Shown: one piece after another, positions 24,359-35,885 of the stretch
Layout of the letters: each line of letters opens with the position of its first letter
How positions within the stretch are numbered: position 1 is the first letter of the stretch
From: Octopus bimaculoides
Lineage: Eukaryota
NCBI RefSeq assembly: GCF_001194135.2
Contig: NC_068998.1
Location: forward strand, 13,256,905 to 13,298,522
Length of the DNA stretch: 41,618 bases
Reading direction: 5' to 3'
Notes under the pieces: model-generated
Databases searched by the model: none
Told to the model about the DNA's origin: nothing
Seen by the model: the letters and a program-made list of their open reading frames with translations, nothing else
Position numbers and translations under genes: made by a program

Positions 24359-25282
24359 TTACCTTATTTACCTGACTGTATTACCTTCATTGATACCATG
24401 ACCTAAACAAATATTTGGAAAATAGCCTTATTAATGTTAAATGAGGATGAAATCCAAAATCCAAGGAAACTGGAGATGGTCTGTTTTTGGTAACAATTAG
24501 TCATTAATAGACTTTGATAAATTCAATTATGGTTAGGAGCAAAGAATTTTATGTAGTAGGCTGTTGTCCTTCATCTGAGAGTAAGAAAGAAAGAGAAAAA
24601 TGATATGATTACTTGAAGCAAGTAATTGAAGAAGCAATGACAACAATACTACTTTCACTTTCCTTTCTTGAATCACAGACAACAGGCAAGACTTGAAATA
24701 TTAGATTCTATATTCCTCACAGCAACTGAACTTATCAAACTTTACTCTGAACTCTCATATTCCTGTTAATATTGGACAAATGATCGTTATAATAGAATAT
24801 AATCAAATATATGCTGGATATATGAGACATGAAGCCACCGTTTTATTATAGAAAATGTTGCTTAAGCTAACAACTTAAGTCAATATCATTCATACTGCCA
24901 GTAATTATCTGTAAATGTCAGTAGTACAACAATTTGAGAGAGAAAAGAAGCAATGAATGTACAAAATACAATGTGAGTTTTAAGAACTTTGGAAATGAGA
25001 ACTAAATGTATTAACAGTTACTGTAATTATCATTGATTTCTAACATAAATACAAAGCTACCAACATGAGGAGGATGGAGGAGTGTAGATCTACATTAAAA
25101 AAGGAATGTGGATCCTCAGCAGGATTTAAAAAAAAAAAACCTGTCAAAGGGCAGAAGACTTTCTCACAGCCAACAGCAACTGGAGATATGATAGGTGCCA
25201 TCATGTTACCAGCCTATGAAACACAGCTTGATGATACAAACAAATTCATTTAGCAATCTAGAATAATCAAGATTTGGAATAA

Positions 25283-25463
25283 ACTCGAGTACCATACCAG
25301 ATTGGTTAGGATCTGAGAGAAACTCAAGTATTGTACTGGACTGGTTAGGGCCTAGGAGAGACTCAAGTACCATACAGAATGGTTGAGACCTGGGATAACC
25401 TCAAGTACCATGCCAATTGATCAGGACCTTGGATAAACACAAGTGCCATACTGAATTGAATTA
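25283..25463 (+). repeat. Five-copy diverged minisatellite, 38-39 bp unit
   Basis: Units start at 25283, 25322, 25361, 25399, 25437 (actcaagtaccata...ggttagg...). Confidence 0.85.
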
Positions 25464-25569
25464 GCACCATTTCCTCTTCTGTTTTTCTGAGAAGTCAATT
25501 AAACATACAAAAAAAAAAAAAAAAATGAAGTTGAAAGTTAAACTCTGCACAAATTCCCTTATGGATAGA

Positions 25570-28200
25570 CACCGGAATATAAGAATTTAGAAAAGTACAT
25601 TAACAAGCTTATGAAAGGTAAAGATGTTCAGGGAACATTGTAAGGAAACAAGATGGACAATATGTGAAGAATTATGACAGATAATTGGCACAAAACATAA
25701 TTTAATGGGGAAGAAAGGAAGCATGAAAAGGGTTTGTGTTTCATAGTGCATAAAATTACCATAATACATTGCAAAATTGTAATTTTGCAGCAAAATATTC
25801 ATGTCAAACACTGGCTCGCAAAACCATGCAATAGCTTCATCCAACTTTATGCTTCAACTTGAGATTACAATGATGAAGAGGTGGAAAAATTCTCTCAAAA
25901 TTATAGAAAGAACAATTAGCAAACAAAATAAGAGAGACATACTAATAATTCTTGGTGACTGGAATGTAAAGATTGGAGTGGATGTTCATGATTCTTGGAA
26001 AGGAACAGCTGGAAAATATGACTTGAAAAATAAAAAACTATCAACAGATGAGTATGTTTACTAGAATTTGCAAAACAAACTAAACTAATTTCTTGCCAAT
26101 ATAATACTTCAGAACAAACTGGGAAAAACAATAAGATAGCATTTACCTGGAGGAATGTATAATAACCAGATCGATTTTATTCCTAAAAACATATCAAGTG
26201 AATATAAATGGAGATAAAACACCGAGTGTAGATAAAGGCATTGATTACTAACTTTTTATAAGGACAATAACTATGGAGCTGAACTCAGTTGAAAAGAACT
26301 GAAATGTGAAAAAGAAAAACGTGGTCTTGAAATATATAAAGACCTGAGCATAACATTAAAATTTAAAACACAGCTAGGGAAAAAATTCACAACTTTATTA
26401 TTATTAGATGCAAATGTTCCAGAATTAACAGAAGCCTTTGAAGAACAACAGTAATAATAATAATCAATAAAATCGTTGGTAAGAGAAAGAAAATTAAGTA
26501 TCCTTGCATAAATGAAGATGCTTTTAATAAGTTTTAATGAAAGAAGAGATGTGAAACAGAAATGGTATAAAAACAACAGAGTTAAAATGAAGTATAGTTT
26601 GGTCGATAGGAAAGTAAAAAAAAGAATGAAAGAAATTGTGGCATCAAAAGATATGATGGATTAATGAAAATTGTGAGGAAAAAACAAAACAAAGCAAAAA
26701 ATCTATAGAGCAAATGACTCTTATCAAATGGCTAAAGATCTAATCAAAGAATGGGTACCTAAACGTCAAGTTGTTGTAGAATATAGCAGCCTGCTAACTA
26801 AAGCAATTGATAGATTGAAAGAAAACTAAGAAGAATTCTAGAGAGACAAAACAAACATAGATAGCAATGTACCAAAATAATTACAAGAACTTCTCTTTAA
26901 TATGTAGTAAGAGCTAGAAATGGAGTTATGTAGCCAATTTGGAAAGAAGTTACGCAATTGATTAAGAAACTGAAATATAATTAATCACCTGGAATGGATA
27001 GTTTAGAAGCAGAGCTGTTAAAAGCAAAACTGCTAAATCAGGGAGGTGAGTATGTTACTGAGATTATATATTGTGTAATTGTGATTTACTTACAGGAGAA
27101 TGGCACAGAAAATGGACAGAATCAATTTGTTATACTACTGTCAAAGAAAGAGACACCAAAAAGTACAAAAACAACCACATTATTAATCATATTATTTATT
27201 AGTTTAGTCAGTTATCCAACTGAGGCCTTGTTAATTGTTTTACTTGTTCAAATGAAACCATGGCAGTGAGACACAGACCAGTTCCCAAGAGGGAGAAATC
27301 CTGTTGAACAGATTTGTAACAATATTATAGTAGAAAAATAAGGCAGTTAGCTGGCAGAATCATCAGGCGAAATTCTTAGTGGCGTTTCATTTGTCTTTAC
27401 GTTCTGAGTTCAAATTCCGCTGAGGTCAACTTTGTCTTTCATCCCTTCTGGGTCGATAAAATAAACACAAGTTGAGCACTGGGGTTGATTTAATCAACTT
27501 AGCTCCCTCCCCCATAAAACTATTGGCCTTGTGCCAAAATTTGAAACCAATATTGTAGCAGAAAAATACCTGGAACAACAGTCCATACTGTTCTTTATCT
27601 CAACTTTTATAGAGTTGAAAAATGTTTGACTACGTTTTTAGCATTGGCACTTGAGCAGATTATGAAAAAAAATGTAGTACAAGCTTACCGATAGTAAATA
27701 CTACAAAGTCATTCTACAAACATGCATGAAATCTGGTTTGAAGTTGGAAATTCACCAAGTAAATGGTTTAAAACAACAGTTAGTATCACTCAAGGATGCA
27801 ATCTTTTGCCATGTTTTTTCAGTGATTTTTTTTCTAATGCATAATGACAAACGCCCTTGAATCTTTTGAAGGAAATGTTCAAGTAGGATGTTGAAAAGTC
27901 AGAAATTTCCATACTGCCAATAATATTGACTTAACAGGACAAAATGATGAAGAAGTTATAGATCTAACATGTCTTGATACAGCAAGAAGATAAGGAGTAT
28001 AAATATGTGCTGAAAATAAAAATTAAAAAAGGCCAGAAGTGAAATAATGATAATTAGTAAAGAAAAAGAAAAGAGTCTGTCCAAGTGAAACAGCAGAGAA
28101 ATCAAACAAATTGATGGATTTAAGTATTTGGGAAGAAAAATAATGGAAGATGTGAGATCAAAGAGAAAGATTTAATGCTGGGTTGTGGTGTTTTAGTAAT
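25570..28200 (+). mobile_element. Decayed RTE-clade LINE (APE endonuclease + reverse transcriptase)
   Basis: APE motifs IQLYAST, ILIILGDWNVKIG and NQIDFI (26164); RT-region motifs EAELLK..GGE, TQGCNLLPCFF (27788) and RNFHTANNIDL (decayed YADD box); many stops and frameshifts. Confidence 0.9.
27341..27548 (+). mobile_element. Family B SINE inserted into the RTE LINE
   Basis: 20-bp TSD aatattatagtagaaaaata / aatattgtagcagaaaaata at 27321-27340 and 27549-27568; the LINE frame EQICNNIIVEKYLEQQ rejoins across it. Confidence 0.93.
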
Positions 28201-28243
28201 GTTAGGATCTATTTGAAAAAAAGCAAAATGATTATAACAATAA

Positions 28244-28405
28244 CAGGCACAAATGTGGCTGTAGTTAGACGCTTGCTTCTCAGCCACATGGTTCTAGGTT
28301 CAGTCCCACTGCATGGCACCTTGGGAAAATGTCTTCTACCATAGCCTTGGGCCAACCAAATCCTTGTGAGAGGATTTGGTAGATAGAAACTGATAGAAGC
28401 AGGTC

Positions 28406-28439
<34 letters not shown>

Positions 28440-28645
28440 GTTTGTGTGTCTGTGTTTGTCCCCCCACCATCGCTTGACAACTGATATTGGTGTGTTCACG
28501 TCCCCGTAACATTAGCGGTTTGGCAAAAAAGACCGATAAAATAAGTACTAGGCTGACAAAGAATAAGTCCTAGGGTCGATTTGTTCGACTAAAGGCGATG
28601 CTCCAGCATGGCTGCAGTCAAATGACTGAAACAAATAAAAGAATG
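28244..28645 (+). mobile_element. Family A SINE, full length
   Basis: acaggcacaaatgtggctgtag head, ggcaccttggg core, internal (GT)n, gactgaaacaaataaaaga tail. Confidence 0.92.
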
Positions 28646-29789
28646 TATTGTGTATATTATACTTTATTTAATTTAAGGGTTTTCGTGACCCTTTTTCAGG
28701 AACCAAACACATATTCACTGGTCCAGTTGTTTTTATTTCACCTGAAAGTAGTTTGATTGAGCAAACCTAGAGTTAAAGACCTTCCATCTGTGACCATCCC
28801 ATCTTGTTTTTTTTTTTTTTTTTTACCAGACATTGTGTTTCCCAGACAACATGTAAGGCACCTTTTTTCCCCCTTTCCCCCGTTTTCTGATGGTAAACTC
28901 TAATTTCAAAGAGAATGGTTCAGCCATTAAACTGTTGTTGTGTAAAGAAAATGAGATCCAAAGGAACTAAAAATAAAAAGAAAATAAAAAAAAATTTAAA
29001 TAGACAAATAAAAAGAGCACCCAAAGAAACTAGCAATGGTCTTCAGATGAAGGATTCTGTAGTCTTCAACATTTCCCTCTCTCACAGTAAACCAATATTA
29101 TTCCTCCATTGAATTGTTGTTGTATAGCAGAATTTAGCCCTGTTGTTCCTCTGAAGGCAATGGACACAACTCCTACATCCACACCTAACTAATAATAATA
29201 ATAGTAATAATAATAATGCTTTCTTTTATTTACCACCAGGGCGAAATATAATAATAATAATAAACGTCTATAGCACAGAGGTAGCTAATTGAGTAGAGCA
29301 TGTGATCAGCATCTCTTTTGATTTTGACCATTCTATTTTTTTATTGTTGGCTTGTTCACTCTAAGATCCAGAACTTCAAACACATGTGGATTCCGTTAAT
29401 AGATGGAAATTTAGATTCCTCAAGATTTATTATTGGCATTTAGTCTACTTCACACTGAGTTTGGTTCCACAGAAGCAATTAATTTTACAGATATTTTGAT
29501 GTTTTACATTATTACTGTGATTTTTTTATTTATTTATTCTACTGTTGTTTGTCAGTTGTTTTTGTTTATTATTTTTATTTATTTATTTATTTATCTTCTC
29601 CATCCATCCATCCATCCATCCATTTATATTTGTACAGCTACATTAGTTATTTTCTGTGGTAAAGGTCAAGAAGAATTGTGGAGATTAGTTTCTTATGGTC
29701 TGAGTAGAGAGTGCTGGCAGGAAATTTCCAGACAATTTGCTTAAAAAAGAATGATACAATATCACAGCCTGAATTACTGGTTAATATAT

Positions 29790-29995
29790 TTTCTTTTTCT
29801 TTTATCTTTTTACTTGTTTCAGTCATTGGACTACAGCCAAGCTGAGGTACCACCTTGATGAATTCATTCGCTCAAATTGACAAGAGTAATTATTTTACTT
29901 CTGGTGTTTATAAATATGGACTCCTTTCAACGAACCACTAAGATATGGGGACATACAACGATCTAGCACTGATCGCCAAGAAGTAACAGACATGG
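29790..29995 (-). mobile_element. Degenerate family A SINE tail
   Basis: tcttttttacttgtttcagtcattggactacagcc...ccactaagatatggggacatac. Confidence 0.7.
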
Positions 29996-30047
29996 ACACA
30001 TGCATACACCTATGTATATGTATGTATGTGTGTATAGTACCTGTATT

Positions 30048-30221
30048 TCAAAGGGCCAGCCTTGTCACACTCTGTGTCATGCTGAATCTCCCTGAGAACT
30101 ACATTAAGGATGCACGTGTCTGTGGAGTGCTCAGCCACTTCTTGCACGTTAATTTCACAAGCAAGCTGTTCCATTGACTTTATCAGATGGGACCCTCGTC
30201 ATCATAACCAACGGAGTGCTC
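30048..30221 (+). mobile_element. 5'-truncated family D tail type 2
   Basis: Aligns to ~8199-8367 (tcaaaggg(c/t)cagccttgtcacact...ggagtgc). Confidence 0.88.
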
Positions 30222-30260
30222 CTTATGTATATATGTATGTATGTATGCATTCATGTATAT

Positions 30261-30311
<51 letters not shown>

Positions 30312-30408
30312 GTTCAAACAAGAAAAACGACAAAAAAACAAAAAAAAAAAACAAAAAACAACAACGCGAGGATGTGATACAGATATTGTGTTACTGGACT
30401 CTCAGGAA

Positions 30409-30657
30409 AGGAAATTACCAGCATGGCTGAAAAAGATTGGTGCAAATGTGAGGGTAGAACACTTACAAAAATCAGCATTGCTTGGAACTGCAAGAATTCT
30501 ATGCAGGGTTCTTGGAGCATGACCAGTAAACAAGAGTCACCTTAGTCTGCTGGCTGTGGACAGCTGACACTTTCCATCATACCCAGCAAAATAAGCTGTG
30601 TGTTTTCATATAATAATAATAATCATAATAATAATAATAATAATAATAACAACAACA
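30409..30657 (+). mobile_element. 3' end of an R4/Dong-type (restriction-like endonuclease) LINE
   Basis: Encodes RKLPAWLKKIGANVRVEHLQKSALLGTARILCRVLGA* (stop at 30522), the LQK..LLGTARIL..VL C-terminus typical of R4-clade ORFs; short 3' UTR and (TAA)n tail. Confidence 0.8.
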
Positions 30658-31014
30658 AGAGCACTCAGAGAGCACAAACTTCTGTCAAAGCAACACCAAC
30701 GTCCTCTCAACGATTGGCCAGAGATGACTTTTAAAATGTGAATATCTGAAATAAACTCAACTGCTCTCACAAACAAGAATACTAAAAATGAGCCCGACCA
30801 CCCTCAAAAGTTAAGTAAAAAAACAGGAGAAATAAACCAGAATCCTTGTCTGCTACCAGATCGATCCCAAAACCTAATCTGTTCATGCCAGTCACAAGGC
30901 CAAACATCCCTGAAAGTCTCGTCCAAATCCATCTTGAGATATCTTGTCCATCGACAAGCAAACAAGCAAACACAATTAAAAACAACACCTCCGCCTTCGC
31001 TAAGGCGGAGGTAA
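30658..31014 (-). mobile_element. Helentron-associated non-autonomous element (HINE/DINE-1-like)
   Basis: Perfect 11-bp hairpin acctccgcctt-cgct-aaggcggaggt (30987-31012), (CAAA)n tract, and a terminal sub-TIR plus stem-loop at 30658-30690. Confidence 0.82.
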
Positions 31015-31164
31015 TAATAATAAAAATGAGAAGAAGAAGAAAGAGACATTGAGAAAGAATGAAAGCTGTATATGCATATAATGAAGGTAAATGGTGATAA
31101 GGAAAGATGAAAGAGATAAAGAGAGAAAGAATAGAAGAGAGGTTAAAAAAAGTATAAACAATTA

Positions 31165-31296
31165 GGTGTGGTAAGAAACCTGGGGTTCAGTTCCACTGCG
31201 TGGCATCTTGGGCAAGTGTCTTCCACTATAGTCTCAGGCTCACCAAAGCCTTGTGAGTGGATTTGGCAGATGGAAACTGAAAAAAGTCTGTCATAT

Positions 31297-31350
<54 letters not shown>

Positions 31351-31585
31351 GTAATTATATGGGTGTGTCTTTGTCAGTGTTTGTCCACCCCACCATTGCT
31401 TGACAACCAGTGTTGGTGTGTTTAGTTTCCTGTAACTTAGCAGTTCGTCAAAAGAGACCGATAGGATAAGTACCAGGCTTACAAAGAATAAATCTTGGGG
31501 GCGATTTCTTCAGCTGAAAACCTTCAAGGCAGTGCTCCATCATGGTCGCAGTCAAATGACTGAAACAAGTAAAAGAATAAAAGAA
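31165..31585 (+). mobile_element. Family A SINE with a head deletion and internal CA/TA microsatellite
   Basis: ggttcagttccactgcgtggcatcttgggcaagtgtctt...gcagtcaaatgactgaaacaagtaaaaga. Confidence 0.9.
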
Positions 31586-31601
31586 TATAAAAAAGACCTT
31601 T

Positions 31602-31879
31602 ACATTAAGGCATAGTGGTTAAGAGCATGGGCAACTAACCCCAAGATTCCGAGTTCGATTCCAAGCAGTGACCTAAACAATAATAATAATAATGATAACA
31701 TCGAAAAATGCCTTAGGAATGAGAACCCAGGTTCAAAATTTCCCCAAGACACCTGATGAAGGCTGGAGGGTATATCAGCCAAAACGTTGTGTTAACAACA
31801 AACAAGATGAGGACTAATATCCGTCTAATGTAAATGATGTAAATAATGTACATAATTCCTCATCTCTCTGGAACTGTAT
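31602..31879 (+). mobile_element. Complete tRNA-headed SINE (family C) with minimal hammerhead-like module
   Basis: A-box TAGTGGTTAAG, B-box GAGTTCGATTCC, hammerhead-like fold at 31748-31793, 3' stem agatgagga/tcctcatct, 16-bp TSD tataaaaaagaccttt at 31586-31601 and 31880-31895. Confidence 0.92.
31748..31793 (+). ncRNA. Minimal type I hammerhead ribozyme motif, probably inactive in this copy (G12A)
   Basis: Stem I GACAC/GTGTT, CUGAUGA core plus one extra A, stem II GGCTG/CAGCC, AAAA in place of GAAA, palindromic ACGT in place of stem III, UH = UU. Confidence 0.7.
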
Positions 31880-32764
31880 TATAAAAAAGACCTTTTTTTA
31901 GAGTAAAGACAGGATCAGAAACTGAAGAAACTATTGTTTATTGATATCGGTCATGTTTCCAATATATATGCCAATGCACCGACATAAATAAACGATATCA
32001 GAGTGAGAAAAATGTGTGTGAGAGAGAGAGGGAGTGAGAGAATGAAGCCAACAGAAAATATGAGTTTAAGTCCTTATAACATGTGAAACTGCTATAGATT
32101 TCGAAGATATTAACCTTCTCTCATATTGATAGCAAGTAGATATACATTGCTCTGGGGGATAATGGCGAAGATATTACAAAAAAAAAAAAAAAATCAATGA
32201 TGTTTATACCAGTTATATATGACTCTTGTGGTTATCAAATTCCATCATCATTCAAAGTATAACCATATCAACATGAACAAGTTTGAAAATAAAAATTTAT
32301 TTTTTGCAAATCCAATTGTGAAAAAGTTTTTATTCACAGCAAAACAAATTTGTTTTAATTTTTTTTTTTTGATTTACTTCATCTTGCACTATATTTTTGC
32401 TCATAAAATATGACCCCTTTACAAAATAGGCAAGACATTAAATAAAAATAAATAAATAGATGCAAGATAGAAGCTGAATCAATACTCCTGATTAAAAAAA
32501 AAAAAATTATAAGAAAGCAACCAATAACTAAATGGCAGTAAAAGTGTTTCTCAGACATCCAATCTCCAATGTGAAAACACATATGATTCTGTTTTATTGA
32601 CAAGGTTAAATAAGGTTGAAACATGTACACAGTTGTTTCTTTACAACCAAAGATCAAACTTATTCAATACTGTTACTTAATTATTATTACTTTAAACTCC
32701 ATTGTTGTCTTCCCTGACTTTCTTGATCAGAATTTGATATTTAAGACGACTTTTTGTTATCATT

Positions 32765-32890
32765 AGGGAATGTGGCCTATTGGTAAGGTTGCTAGACTCA
32801 CAATCATAAGGTTATGGGTTCAGTCTCTGGACAAGGTAGCTTGTTGTCTCCTTGAGTAAGATGATCCTGTGTATTCAACTATGAATGAAT
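32765..32890 (+). mobile_element. Degenerate tRNA-derived SINE head
   Basis: tggcctattggtaagg A-box-like, ctcacaatc anticodon arm, gggttcagtc B-box-like, ccttgagtaag core start. Confidence 0.55.
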
Positions 32891-32986
32891 ACCAGCCTAA
32901 TGTTGGTGCAGCCTTGTCTCTTTCCAGCTGTCACACCAGCTTTTCTGCCGATGTCAGGGAGGTGTCTGTCTATGCCTGATTGTTAC

Positions 32987-33145
32987 CATTAGCATAGCTA
33001 GAGTGTGTGCTGCCCTTCAGTCTGATCCCCCCAGGCTCCATCAAAAAGTACATATTGTCTACAGCAGACTCAAAAGTGGTGCCGCCCTCTTAAAGTGCCA
33101 CCCAGAGCAGACCACTCTCTCTAGCCCCCTCTAGCTACGCTAGTG
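32987..33145. mobile_element. hAT-type MITE
   Basis: 17-bp TIRs cattagcatagctagag / ctctagctacgctagtg (2 mismatches); 8-bp TSD attgttac / attgtaac at 32979-32986 and 33146-33153. Confidence 0.85.
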
Positions 33146-33449
33146 ATTGTAACCACATAGGCAACTAAGACAGCAAATGCACGGTACTAACTATTGAATC
33201 CCACATACTTGTGAAAGGAGGCCATGCCCTTAAAGGTAAAATTTCAGTTAACTATAATTAGGTAACGTTTTATATGGGCTAAATTAGGTAATGTTTTATT
33301 TGTGAAATACAGTTGTTTTGAATTTACAGCAGAAAGAGGTCAATGTTTGTGGTGGTGAGTGGGGTGGAGACACTAGGAATGCGACCTAGGTGTCAAGGGG
33401 GTGGCACCCTGGAAGAGTAGGGAACCACTGCTGTAAACAAACCAAGTAA

Positions 33450-33560
33450 GTTTGCAGCACCTCCTAGCCAGAGTGTTGGATGCATGTACCTGCTGTTGAA
33501 GAGGGGATAACCACTCCAAAGTATATGCATCCAATAGTCTGGCTAGGAGGCGCTACAAAC
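33450..33560. repeat. Inverted repeat with 40-bp arms and 31-nt loop
   Basis: 33450-33489 matches the reverse complement of 33521-33560 with 5 mismatches. Confidence 0.9.
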
Positions 33561-35466
33561 TGATTCAGTATGCTTACACTTACTGTCTACAGTGAGAAAT
33601 TTTCTCCATGACAAAATACAGTGAATGGTTTTTTTTTTTATAAGTTTGAATATGCCTCGAGCATATTTGAACTGGTAACAAGTTTGTATTCCACTATATA
33701 TATCAGGGTCTGCTTTGCTGTACTTACCTCACACTGTTTCATTAATATATAAATTCAATATTTCCTAACTGATAGTTCTATAAGTAGCTATAACATAGAT
33801 AGGAAAGGTATTCTACTGATAAAATATAACTGCTTCAACAAAATGAATTTGTGATATTACTTTTTTTTTTTGAAACATAAAAAAAAAATGAGAATTATGA
33901 GAATAAAAAATGTTATATCTCAGTATTTATCAAAATTGGAAAATGATGAATATGTAAAATCAAATAAAACAAAAAGAAAATACTTAAAAAATTAAAAAAA
34001 ACTCACAGAAAAATCATTAAACTAATAAGTGGTTTCCATTCAATGAAAAAAAAAAACAACCAAAGATCAACTTATTATTTTTTTTTGCAGTTAATATTAG
34101 ATTACTTATGAACTAAAATTCATTACTACGTTCTCTGAAATGTATTAGGGTAAACATATCTCTTATGAGAACACATGAGTAATTGTAGAAAACATTATTA
34201 ATATCACAGTTGTTTGAACACATTCACATACTAGCTCAGTATCTTCCATTTGCCTCTCTTTGGGAACGATTGTTTCCTTTGTTTGTTATTTATTTTTTCT
34301 TTTGTCTTTCCACAATTGTTAATGTGTTTAAATGTTAGCGTAGCAAATATAGCCAATATGAGTTACAGGGTTCGTTTGTTTTATCCGAGCAGATGGGATT
34401 ATATTGACTGTGAGTGAGGCAAGGCGGTGTATTTGAAGTTTTATAGTTCTTTAGTTCCCAATTAAACTATATGCCAGTATTTGTCTAAAACCACAGCATG
34501 CTGATCTTTTAATGAATTAAATATATATACATACATATATATATATANNNNNNNNNNNNNNNNNNNNNNNNNNNNNNNNNNNNNNNNNNNNNNNNNNNNN
34601 NNNNNNNNNNNNNNNNNNNATATATATAGATAGATAGATAGATAGATAGATAGAGATATGTATATGGATGAGTGAATTTTCCTTTGTTTACAGTTAACAT
34701 GGAAAATTCAATAAACAGTTACCAGAGTAGCAAAATTCACACAAGTAACAAGCATGTAGCAATCTGTTCAAAGGTAGAAACTCTGGGTCAATGTGCAATA
34801 GTTTGTATAGTATAAATAAATAGATGGAGTTAAATGCAGGTGTTATTCAAATTCTCTTACTTCCAACATATGTTTCGAAGACAACATTGGTATTATTCCA
34901 AAGGAATAAATGGTGTAAAATAATGTAACCTTCTCATCATGGAAAGAAAGAGAATCAAATTCAACAATAACACATTTTAACAAATGTGATGACTGTGTAA
35001 ATGATGAACAGAATGCTATTAAGTATTTTAAAAAAACCATTAGTAGATATGACGTCAAAGGTAGCGCATATGAAGAGAAGGGGTAAAGAAATCAATATGG
35101 AGAGAACTAATAAAGGAGAAATGTAGAGTGATATGTGAGTTAAATAAATGTTCAAAGGCTTGGAAATAGACATCTCTATTGGAAGTAGAGTGAAAGAAGA
35201 ACTAAATGCTCAAACTATATAGATTGATAGAAATCACCTATATGAATGAGCTAAAGGTGGGTTTCTGCCAATGTTTACATCGGTAAGAACGCTCTATAAT
35301 CGCGTTTACAGGTGGATTCTTAGAAAAGAGAATGTGGAACAGTTCAGAATTATTACAAATGTTACAGAATTTTTTACCTTTGTCGTAAGGGAAAGAAATT
35401 GACAGGGTGAATCAATCTAAATTAAATTTCTTATTGTTATCAATTTACTAAGTCCTGTGCTATTGC

Positions 35467-35545
35467 TTTTCGTTGCATCTTGCAACTTTTTCAATAGTTT
35501 TGACTCTCTTAAAACTATTTAAAAGGTTGCAAGATGCAACGAGAA
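35467..35545. repeat. Inverted repeat with 35-bp arms and 9-nt loop
   Basis: 35467-35501 matches the reverse complement of 35511-35545 with 3 mismatches. Confidence 0.92.
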
Positions 35546-35689
35546 TTTTAGAAAAATGAATAAGAAATAAGTAGAAATTTTACCGGTGAGTGTGTTTAAT
35601 TATAAGGTGCCAAAAGAGAATGACTCTCCCCAGACACAGCACGATATATATGTGTGTGTATATGTGTGTGTGTGTATGTGTGTGTATGT

Positions 35690-35854
35690 GTAGGTGCAGG
35701 AATGGCTATGTTGTAAGTAGTTTACTTACCAACCACATGTTTCCGGGTTCAGTGCCACTGCATGGCACCTTGGGCAAGTGTCTTCTTTAGCCTTAGGCCG
35801 AACAAAGATTTGTGAGTGGATTTGATTGATGGAAACTGAAAGAAGCTTGTCGTG

Positions 35855-35885
<31 letters not shown>

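Noticed and set aside
27040-27052. Strong GAG|gtgagt splice donor
   Set aside because: It lies in the RTE LINE coding remnant (GGEYV), so it is not evidence of a host exon.
29128-29744. Several short + strand frames after AG sites (EFSPVVPLKAM..., PELQTHVDSVNRWKF..., GQEELWRLVSYG...)
   Set aside because: No donors or homology, and mutually inconsistent; too weak to call.
34694-34773. Possible 80-nt exon with a good acceptor and AAG|gtagaa donor
   Set aside because: The donor is mediocre, the peptide is uninformative, and it lies beyond the stop of the candidate exon chain.
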